A stretch of 64,000 bases of DNA from Felis catus. Lineage: Eukaryota. Shown here piece after piece: positions 24,141 through 34,450 of the stretch; position 1 is the stretch's first letter, and the number at the start of each line of letters is the position of its first letter. The notes beneath the pieces were generated by a model that ran no database searches, was not told the DNA's origin, and was given only the letters and a program-made list of their open reading frames with translations. The translations under genes were made by a program, and so were the position numbers. The stretch is from the NCBI RefSeq assembly GCF_018350175.1, contig NC_058368.1, positions 2,542,001-2,606,000 on the forward strand, given 5' to 3'.

Positions 24141-26620
24141 CCACCACCGTCACCACCACCGTCACCACCATCATCACCATCACCACCACCATCACCATCA
24201 ACACCACCACCAGCACCATCACCAACATCACCAGCAACAGAACCACTACCATCATCACCACCACCATCACCACCACCACCACCACCATCAACACCACCAC
24301 CACCATCACCGCCACCATCACCACCATCACCACCACCATCACCATCAACACCACCACCATCACCGCCACCATCACCATCAACACCACCACCACTACCACC
24401 ACCACCACCATCACTGCCACCACCACCATCACCGCCACCACCACCATCACCGCCATCACCACCATCACCACTAACATCACCACCACCATCACCAACACCA
24501 CCACCATCACCACCATCACCGCCACCACCATCACCACCACCATCACCACCATCACCACCACCACCACCACCACCACCACCATCACCACCAACGTCACCAC
24601 CACCAACATCACCACCAACGTCACCACCACTGCCACCACCACCGTCACCACGATCACCATCATCACCACTAACACCACCACATCACTACCACCACCACCA
24701 CCACCACCACCATCACCGCCACCACATCATTACCGCCACCACCACCATCACCACCATCACCACCACCATCACCATCAACACCACCACCATCACCTCCACT
24801 ACCACCATCACCACCACCATCACTGCCACCACCACCATCACCGCCATCACCACCATCACCACTAACACCACCACATCACTACCACCACCACCATCACCAC
24901 CATCACCACCATCACTACCACCACCACCACCACCACCACCATCACCTCCACCACCACCATCACCGCCACCACATCATTACCGCCACCACCACCATCACCT
25001 CCACCACCACCATCACCACCACCATCAACACCACCACCATCACCTCCACCACCACCATCACCACCACCATCACCACCACCACCACCACCATCACCATCAA
25101 CACCACCACCACCACCATCACCTCCACCACCACCATCACTGCCACCACCACCATCACCACCACCACCACCATCACCACCACCATCACCACCACCACCTTC
25201 ACCACCACCAACATCACCACCACCACCACCACCACCATCACCTCCACCATCACCTCCACCATCACATCCACCATCACCACCACCACCATCACCACCATCA
25301 CCAGCACCACTGCCACCACCACCATCACCGCCACCATCACCACCACCACCATCACCACCATCACCACCATCACCATCACCACCACCATCACCACCACCAC
25401 CACCACCACCATCACCATCACCACCACCACCACCACCACCACCAGCATCACCACCATCACCACCAACATCACCACCACCGCCACCACCACCATCACCACC
25501 ACCGTCACCACCATCACCTCCACCATCACTGCCACCACCACCACCACCACCATCACCCCCACCACCACCACCAACATCACCACCACCATGATCACCACCA
25601 CCATCACCACCATCACCGCCACCACCGCCATCACCACCACCACCACCATCGCCACCATCACCACCACCACCAACACCATCACCAACATCACCATCACCAC
25701 CACCACCAACACCACCATCATCATCACCATCACCACCACCACCACCATCACCACCTTCACCAACATCATTGCCACCATCACCACCATCACCACCACCACC
25801 ACCACCACCAACATCACCACCACCACCACCACCACCAACACCACCGCTACCACCATCTATGACTACTCTCATGATCTTGCACAACCACCACTATCCCATC
25901 ACCGGTACTGCTACCACTGTCACTGTCACCATCACCACTGCCACCATCACCATCACCACCACCACCACCACCAGAACCACTACCAGCACCATCACCAACA
26001 TCACCAGCAACAGAACCACTACCACCATCACCACCAGAACCACCACTAGAACCACCAGCAGCAGCATCACCACCATCACCACCACCATCACCATCACCAC
26101 CACCACCACCACCACCATGACCACCACCACCACCACCATCACCGCCACCACCACCATCACCACCATCTATGACTACTCTCATGACCTCGTGCAACCACCA
26201 CCATCCCATCACCGGTACTGCTACCACCATCACCGCCACCACCACCATTACCGCCATCACCACCATCACCACTAACATCACCACCACCATCACTACCACC
26301 ACCACCATCACCGCCACCACCACCATCACCACCATCTATGACTACTCTCATGACCTCGCGCAACCACCACCATCCCATCACCGGTACTGCTACCACCGTC
26401 ACCGTCACCATCACTACCCCCACCATCACTGTCCCTACTACCACTGCCACCACCACCTTTACCACCACCACCACCATCACCACCATCGCCACCACCATCA
26501 CCTCTACCACCATCACTGTCACTACTACCACTGCCACCACCACCATCACCACTGCTATGACTACCACCAATACCACTATCTGACCATCACCAGCGTTACA
26601 CCCCCACTGCCATCACTTCC
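24141..26620. repeat. ~2.5-kb imperfect (CAC/CAT)n trinucleotide array with higher-order units
   Basis: Continuous caccaccatcac pattern that generates spurious poly-Pro/His/Thr and poly-Val/Gly ORFs. Confidence 0.97.
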
Positions 26621-26629
26621 TCCAGCAGC

Positions 26630-26790
26630 CCTTGATAGGACACTCAGTGTGTGCCAGGCACTGTGCCAAACACTTTATAGACATGCTTCCATTGATTCTT
26701 CACAATTAACCTTGAGAGTAGGTACCACTGTCATCTGAGAATACTGATTCTTGGGGAGATTAAATTACTTTTTCAAGGTCATACAGGACA
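26630..26790 (-). mobile_element. MIR SINE
   Basis: gtgtgccaggcactgtgccaaacacttta...ttcttcacaattaaccttgagagtaggtac...caaggtcatacag. Confidence 0.8.
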
Positions 26791-27699
26791 AGAGAGAGAA
26801 AAAAGAAATGTGAGCCACGAGGCCTGCCCTGAGGAAGTGTATGATCTGTTGGGAAGCAAAATTAATGCGTGTGCAAAGTTAGTGACCTTGAGAGACCTTC
26901 CGTAGTGAGTACCAAACGACATGCTTCAGGTTGGAAATGCTGCCGATGTGTGGGGGCACAGGGACTGGGAAAGGTCACTGTGTGTGTTAGCTCCTTTTGT
27001 TTTTGGATTTAATACTTATTCAGGTCCCCTTAAATTCTGTATGGATACATGGGGGCAACAGAAATCTCAGGCAGTGGTTTGGACCTCACAAGAATCCAGG
27101 ATAAGGTCTACAGACAGTGTTCTTGGGGAAAATAGACACTGAGTTAGACCAGCCCCATTGAAAGCAAACTTGGGAGGCTGTACTGGGTCCAAGGCTGCTC
27201 CTGTAACAGGGCAAAATCTTGTGGCCTGGCAGCAGCAGGTACTCTGGCTCCCTCGCTAAGGCCCTACTGTTAATGTAACTTGACCACTTGATGTTTTCGC
27301 TCCTGGGCCTCTAAGCTCTCTCCCTCTCTCTCTTGATCTTCTGTTCACATTTCCAGGAGAGGGGATCTCACTGGTCTGCCTGTACCTCACCACCCTTAAT
27401 GCCGCAGAGCTTTTGCACCTGGCTAACTCATCTGCCCACCGGCATGCCTGTCGACTGTCCAGATGAGATTGGGAGCCCATCCTGATCCAGCCGGCTTCGG
27501 CCGATGGATCTTAGTCACACAGAAAATGGCCGCCTCTGCAGAGCCCCCTGGGGTGGCTGTGTCACCAGGATTGGGATCGCAGGTTTCTGTCACAGGGGAG
27601 CTCTGGGAATGGCAGGGCTGTTGACTGCAGCGGGGGAAGCCCCCGTGAAGGAGTGGAATTCGATGGGCAGGAGTTTTGGAAGGGGCATTCCAGTTTGGG

Positions 27700-28015
27700 A
27701 GAAAGTCATCTTAGAAAAGACCTTGAGGGTGGACTGAAGTCAGCTTTTGTTAGAGGACACGAGGAGAGGAACGGTGGGAACCGGGGGCGGGAATTTAGAC
27801 TCCATCAGGGGCCTTACAAGTCAGGCACACACGTTTGGACAATAGTCGAGAGGCACTAGGGAGCCATTAGGGGTTCTGGAGTACAACAGAGATGTGAAAA
27901 TGGTACTTCAGAAGAACCCGAGTGGCAGAGATATGAAGCAGTTTGGAACAGACAGGATCAGGGTCAGGGACTCCCATCAGGAGGTGGTTCCATTCATCTA
28001 GATGTGTGGCCAGGA
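27700..28015 (-). mobile_element. L2 remnant
   Basis: Purine-rich L2 phrases (aggcactagggagccattaggggttctggag...). Confidence 0.5.
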
Positions 28016-29043
28016 AACAGAACAGAATTCCCGTTCAGAGAGGGTTTCTTTCTTATGCTTAGGCACCTTTTAAAATTTCTAGCCCTCTTGCAGAGTCAGG
28101 CAATTAACATGTTCACATGACACTCTGTTTATTACATAACTCACACAGTCCGGTTTGAACCACAACAAAAGACCTATTTGAATGAACTCAAATCATAGAG
28201 TAGGTTGGTAATGAGTCACAAGCTGTTTTAAAAATAGCTGTTTTGTTTACTGAATTCACCTGTTTGCTAAATGCCTGCATTTAACTTCCATACCTCTTGC
28301 TGTAATGTTTTCTGGTTTCTCACCTTCCTTTTTTAAGAATGCCATGTTCACTTCTTGCAGAAGCCACCTCAATGGTGATTGTTTAATTGGCATGTGTTCT
28401 CACACGCTGCCTGAACACCACCACGTTGGCTAACCAACCCTCTGTGGCCCCTCCAGAAAACACAGTGCGCTGAATACGTAAGTAAGCTTGATTAGCTTTT
28501 CTTCGAGAAAGTACTTCACGGTCTCTAAAAGCTGAAGATGTAGGATTTAAAAATACGATTAGCAAACAATGCACGCCAGTGATGGTTCTGCTCCCTCTGA
28601 ACTAACACGAATAATTTGATTTTCTATTGTGTTTTGAACACCGCTACTTAATGTACTGCTATTACTATGAAAGAAATGTCCTGCAACTAAATGAGGAAAC
28701 ACATGAATATTTGGAGAGCTCCTACGTGCAGTGGTGCGAGAAATAAATGTGTAAAACTAGATACGTAAAATGCGAAAAACAGCGTGACTTAGAATTGGTG
28801 AAGTAAGAGAGATTACAAGATTCTTTCGAATCATGTTTTCAAATGGGAAGTGAACCAGTGATAGCCTCGATTCTACGCCAAGCTGTTAATTTTAATCCTA
28901 ACCTAAATGTTCTCTAACCCTATGGTTAATCTATTCTTAACCCTAACCAATGCCCATCCCCTCTCCCACTGCCCCTGTTCCGTTGATCACTCCATTCTTT
29001 GAATATTACGACAGAAACTGTTCATATCTGATGACTTGCCAGC

Positions 29044-29405
29044 TGTGTTAGTTTGGGTGCTACAACAAAATATCCTAGACCGGGTGACTTAAGCAACAAA
29101 CACTCATTTCTCACATTTTTGGAGGCTGGAAAGTCCAAGATCGAGGTGCTGGCAGATTGGTCTCTGGTAAGTGTCCCCTCCCTGGTTTGTGGACTGCTGA
29201 CCTCTTGACTTCATATTGGATCCTCACGTAGAGAGGCCAGAGAGGAAGCGTCTCTTCCTGTAAGGGCACTGATCCCATCATGCGGGCTCCACCCTGGTGA
29301 TCTGATAACTGCCCAAAGACCCTGTCTCCCGATACCATCGCCACCCTGGAGGTTAAGATTTCAACGTAGGAACTTTGGGAAAACGCACTGATTCAGTCCA
29401 CAGCA
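29044..29405 (-). mobile_element. MaLR solo LTR (MLT1A-like)
   Basis: TG...CA ends, ttctcacatttttggaggctggaaagtccaagatcgaggtgctggcagatt; 5-bp TSD ccagc/ccggc. Confidence 0.9.
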
Positions 29406-30103
29406 CCGGCTCGACTGTGATTTGATTTTCTACTGTGTTTTCAACACACGCTGTTGACTGTAAGATCCACCGTTGCTTAATGTGCTGCTACTGCTATGAA
29501 AGAAATGTCCCTTCGTTGGGATCTTGGTCCTAACTTGCCTGGGCTCTTGTAACAGCTCGTCGTTTTGTCTCCTTGCTCTGGTCCCACCCTCTTCTACTCC
29601 GCCATATTGAAACCATCTTTCTAAAATCAAAATCTTATTGTACGGGTTTTCTATTTACTAATTTCTTTCCTCTACCTGGGATGTACATTTTTCCCTTCTT
29701 GGCCTGGCAGAGCCCCAGTCCCTATGCTGCCTTTTTGAATTCGTTTGTGACACCGCGGGTAGATTTTTGTTGCCGTGTCCCTTTACGCTCCCACTAGCAC
29801 TTTGTCCAGAAATAAAACCCATGGCCTGGCACTGGGTGGAGATGAAAACCAGGGCACGTGCAGGGTCGGTGCTAACGGATGAGAATGAAAACGTTGTCTG
29901 TGGTCTGACTAGCAGAGTTCTGGGTGATTCTTGAGGACCATAAATGGGGTTCCTAAGAGACTCAGATGTGAGCAAAGAGGTTGTGTAACTCCTAGCAGGT
30001 TGGGAATAGGAATGGGTGCCTGGTGGAAAGGCTGATGAGATTAGTTTCCTTGCTTGGCTCTTTTCTTGGGGTCTCCACATCTGGATCAGCTCTGGATTTA
30101 GCG

Positions 30104-30337
30104 CAGGCATCGGCAAACGATGGCCCACAGGTCAAATCTGCTGGCCGACTGGTTGTTTTTTGCAAACAAAGTGTCACTGGCAAACGAGCATGCCTGTTTG
30201 TTTCTGTACCGTCTCGGGCAGCTTGCTTTTATGCCTACAACAGCTACAGAAAGTAGTTTTGACACAGACGACGTGGCCTGCCGAATCTAGGCACACTTAC
30301 TGTGTGGCTCTTGACCCAACACGTCTGCTGACTGCAG
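30104..30337 (+). mobile_element. MER58A-like hAT-Charlie MITE
   Basis: caggcatcggcaaacgatggccc...gtctgctgactgcag decayed terminal inverted repeats; body collinear with MER58A. Confidence 0.8.
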
Positions 30338-31770
30338 AGCTGAGACATCTCGGGGGCACCATCCCATGGCACCGGAGCCTCGAACACTTCTCGTTGCCCC
30401 TAGAAAAAGAAACAAGCAGAAGATGAAATAAGTTAACGAAAATAAAGAGTAAGTTTCAAGTAGCCTACAAAAAGAAAAATGGCAAAAACAATAAAAGCGG
30501 ACGGCCGGTGAAGAAACAACAAACCCAAGGTCCAAGCCAAGGTCTAGGTCTGCATGAATCCCTTTGAAAGTGCCTGGAAAAATGCCGCGTGTCTGCAGTG
30601 ACAGTAGAATCGATAGCCAGGATCAGAGGTTTGCTTTGAGGGGTGAGAGAGCCATGGACGGGCCGGCCTTCGGTACCTGACGGGGACGCTTGTTTTTAAC
30701 TGAGGGACACCAGCTCCTCACCATTCTCCCCTCCCCGTGCCCTGTTCCTTCTTCCCTGCTGGGGATGCCTCACGTCAGGCCCGCGACGTGGACGACTGTC
30801 TCCTTTCTTCCCGCCCGTGGTCCCCCTCGGCTCTGAATTGTGCTTTGGAAGCCTAAGCCGGGCATTTGGGAGGACAGGGGCCGGGGCAAGGGGCCTCTCC
30901 TGTCGGAGGCGGTGCAAACCTCCCGCGCGGCCTGCTGAAGAGCTCAGCCATTCCTGAGAGAACAGATGTCACCCCGAGAGCAGCAAGGGCGGGTTCGGTC
31001 GGAAGCGAGCATCCGACTCCCTGGCAGGCTCAGTCTAGGGTAGCCCGGGGCCTGGAGGGAGCCGATATTTCTGTCTCCTTTCCCAACCCTCGTCTTTGCT
31101 GTTTACATTCAAATGTCATCTTTTGCCAGAGGTATCTGCTGAGAGGGGTGATGGGGGTTCTCAGGTAAGCGGCTCCCAGGCACCGAGACCAGCTCCCCGG
31201 GTGATCTGACAGCGTGGCTGGCATCCAACAGGGCCATATGTCACGTAATCCGAACCCGGACCCTCTGCCAAGCCGGGCTATTCTTACTGTCGTTCAGAGG
31301 CAGGTTCCAAAAGAACAAATCTAGAAGCGTTTGTGGAATTGAGGTGCGGTCGAGACGCTGTCCAAGGCAGAAGTTTTCAAATGTGCTTCTGATCAACGAT
31401 AAAGAAGTCAAACGGCCCATTCGTCAGGCGTTTAACTCAGGGCCGTCCTTGACCAGGGGACGGTAGGGAAGGAGCAAGGCAGGGGGAGAGCCAGGGAAAG
31501 CGTGCAATCACTTGGTCCTGAGATTTGGAGCCATGTGGCTCTAAGAAGTGATGTGGAGATGGTGTTTCCAGCTGGTGCATCGAACACCAGGTCATCCGCA
31601 CACAGAGCCTGCCCACAAGACCTCTCTGTCCCCTGTCACCTTGAGACCTGTGAGGAGACGCCCTCTGTGCACACCCCTCGGCTGTTTGTTGCTCTCCCGT
31701 GGGTGACTTTCCTCAGTTCACCTAAACACGTGGTATCGGGGACTCACTCTGTTTCATCTGCACAGGGCAA

Positions 31771-31773
<3 letters not shown>

Positions 31774-31812
<39 letters not shown>
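31774..31812. repeat. (TG)n microsatellite
   Basis: About 19 TG units. Confidence 0.95.
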
Positions 31813-31814
<2 letters not shown>

Positions 31815-32091
31815 GCAACAAGTATAATGTGAGAGGAGTAAGTTCACTGCTGACAGGATTTAGAGAGAGAAGTCATGTGCTCTTGGGGGACGAAGAATGA
31901 CTTGATGGAAGTGAAAGTTGGGACGTGAGATGGGTCTTGAGACGGGGATAGACTTTCAGTAAGAGAAAAGCAATCAGGTATAGCTTGGAAAAAAGCAGAG
32001 GGGTAGGATAGGAGGGCTGATGCGTATAGCTTGGCTTGAACGGTGGATAGGCTGTGGTCAGGGGAGCGAGAAGGGGCACGTTAGGTGAGAT

Positions 32092-32548
32092 CTGTAATAG
32101 TGAGGATTAGGCTTGGCTGAGGGTGGCAGAAAGCCAATGGTAACAATGGCTCAACAGGATACAAATCTGTGAAGTCCAACGGTCCCCAGGGCTGGTATGG
32201 TGCCCTGGTTCTGTCTCTCTTCTTACTCCACTGTGTGGGCCTTTCGTTGGTGGTCCAAGACTGCAGCATCATATTGTAGACATCGGGGTGAAGAAAGGGA
32301 CCAAGGAGCAGGTGGTAAAGGCATAGGTGTCCTAGCTCTTAGAGCGGCTCCCAGAAACTACTGCATAGAACTTCACATGCATTCCATTGGTGAGAACTTA
32401 GTCACATGGTCTCACCTAGCCGCAAGGGGTCCTGCGAAATACACTCTTTATTTTAGGTGTCTACATCTCCAGCAACACATTGGGGGTTCTTTTGCCGTGG
32501 AAGGAGGAGAGAATGGATATTCAAGGACAACTGGCCGTATCTGTCCTA
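32092..32548 (-). mobile_element. MaLR LTR (MLT1J/K-like)
   Basis: cattggtgagaacttagtcacatggtctcacctagccgcaaggg...gagaatggatatt...gacaactggc. Confidence 0.75.
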
Positions 32549-33039
32549 GATTATGGGGGATCTTGAGTGTCAGGTGGAGAAGGATATACTAAAGTTCAAA
32601 GGTGATAGGAAGCCACGAAGCTTTTGAAGAGGGGAGTTAGGTGAAAAGGTGTCTTTTAGGAAAGTCAATCTTCCAGTAGTGATTAGACGGATTAAGATGG
32701 GGAGAGACAGAGATGGGGACACTGTCTACTGCAATATTCCGGTGAAGAGCTAATGGTGACGATCGGAATATAATGGGGATGTAGGTTCAAGATTGTTTGC
32801 AAAGGTAATACAGCCGAGCTGGTCAGTTGAGAAGAAAGCAAAGAAAAAGTTGAAGGTGATGCAGAGGTTTCAAAACCTGGGTCCTTGGGAGAATGGAACT
32901 GGTAATATTTGAACTGTAGACCAGTAAGAGGGGCTGCTTTAGGGAAGATTGTGGTGACTTTTGAATACGTTAAAGTTGATGTTCCAGCAAGGCTTCCAAA
33001 TGAAGTTTAAAATGAATAGTTAAACTTGTGGGTCTAGAA

Positions 33040-33294
33040 TACAATGGCAAATCGGTTGCTCATGAGCCACACTTGGCTTTCAGAAGGAGTTTGTTTGTCC
33101 CGCGCTGGGTAAGCTGCATGACTTATAAACAGCTGAGGGGCACCTGGGTGGCTTAGTCAGTTACGTGTTTGACTTCGGTTCAGATCATGATCTCCTGGCT
33201 CACGACTTTGAGTCCCGCATTGGGCTCTCAGCTGTCAGCATCGAGGCCACTTAGAAAACTCTGTCGCCCTCTTTCTCTGCTCCTCCCATTTGTG

Positions 33295-33326
<32 letters not shown>

Positions 33327-33450
33327 ATAAATAAATAAATAAGTTTATATAAAAAAAACAGCTGAATTAGTCATTAATTAACAGCTTATTAAAAAATCTG
33401 CATTTTTGACTTCTTTTGGAAAAATCTTAAGATTTGGAATCACTGGGCCC
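33040..33450. mobile_element. MER103-like hAT relic split by a SINE
   Basis: aaatctgcatttttgacttcttttggaaaaatcttaagatttggaatcactggg resembles a MER103C segment. Confidence 0.5.
33137..33355 (+). mobile_element. CAN-SINE
   Basis: TSD aaacagctga at 33127-33136 and 33356-33365. Confidence 0.93.
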
Positions 33451-33541
33451 TCATTCTTGCGAGACAACAATTGGCTTGAGTTGAGAGTGAAGAACGTGCT
33501 TTCTGCTTTGCACCAGTCTCCACCACTCCCTCGAGTCCTGG

Positions 33542-33583
33542 TATATTTATATTTATATTTGTATTTATATTTATATTTATATT
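33542..33583. repeat. (TATATT)n microsatellite
   Basis: About 7 hexamer units. Confidence 0.9.
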
Positions 33584-34249
33584 TACACACCAGCCTGGTA
33601 TATATATTATTTATATTTCCTGCCTGGCTTCTGTAGGTATTTGGGTATTCAACCCCTTTGTAGGGCTTAGAAAACATGTCAGAGCCACAGAAGCAGGCCC
33701 AGGAGCCATGATTTTAGGAAGAGAAAGTTGAAGCCATTGAAACGAATGAGACCGATATAGGGGAGGGTAGAGAGACTGGGAAGAGGAGAGCTCTAGAAAC
33801 TTTGGGGCATCCTGCATTTGCAAATCAGAAGACGAGTGGAGCCTGTAATGTAGACAGGAGGGAAAGTATCGCGTAGGCAGGAGGAAACCCAGAGCAGTAT
33901 CATATCATAGAAACCAGAGAGTAAAGGATTTCGAGATGGAAATCAGCCAGTGTCAAGTGTTACCAGAAAAAGGGAGGAAAATGAATCTCAGCCAAAGGCC
34001 ACTGGCTTTGGAGATTCAAAGGTCTTGCAGAGTTTCAGGAGAGTGGTGAGGGCAGAAGCCAAAGTGAGACACTGCTTTGATGTTCCTCTTAATCTGAGTT
34101 CATCACTACAAAGATGTTGCGTATGGAGGAGAGGAGGGCACACCTGTGATTGGCCTTGGTCTGAACTTCTCACTCACCTGGTGAGAGCCCCAGGTGGGGA
34201 CGAGACAGGAGAGGAGCGGCCTGTTCTCCAGGGAGGAAGACGCTTCTTG

Positions 34250-34450
34250 TATTCCACATCTCTAAAATGCCGGGTTCTTTCAATACGTTCCCTCATTTAA
34301 TCCCCACGAGAACCCTGGACTTAGGTCTCATTATGTGCATTTGTACGGATGGGGAAACTAAAGCTTACAGAGGTTGGGTGATCTGCTTCAAGTGACTCAC
34401 ACAGTGACAGAGCTGGAGAGTTAGGGTTTGAATGTGGGCTCTGTCCTCCC
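34250..34450 (-). mobile_element. MIR SINE
   Basis: ctcatttaatcccc...ggggaaactaaagcttacagaggtt...gggtttgaa. Confidence 0.8.

Larger units (their letters stand above)
31830..34070 (-). mobile_element. Long fragmented L2 remnant hosting later insertions
   Basis: Purine-rich L2 segments at about 31830-32090, 32550-33035 and 33630-34070 (e.g. gtaggtatttgggtattcaacccc, gaaaccagagagtaaaggatttcgag). Confidence 0.55.

Noticed and set aside
24051..25862. 603-aa Pro/His-rich ORF and overlapping Thr-, Val- and Gly-rich ORFs (extensin-, mucin- or HRG-like)
   Set aside because: All are translations of the CAC/CAT array, which has few stops in most frames. The composition flips from Pro to His at single-base slips, and there is no promoter, splice or signal-peptide support.
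25854..26396. Three 64-bp repeats as a CRISPR-like array
   Set aside because: Eukaryotic context, spacers are CAC repeat of uneven length, and there are no cas genes.
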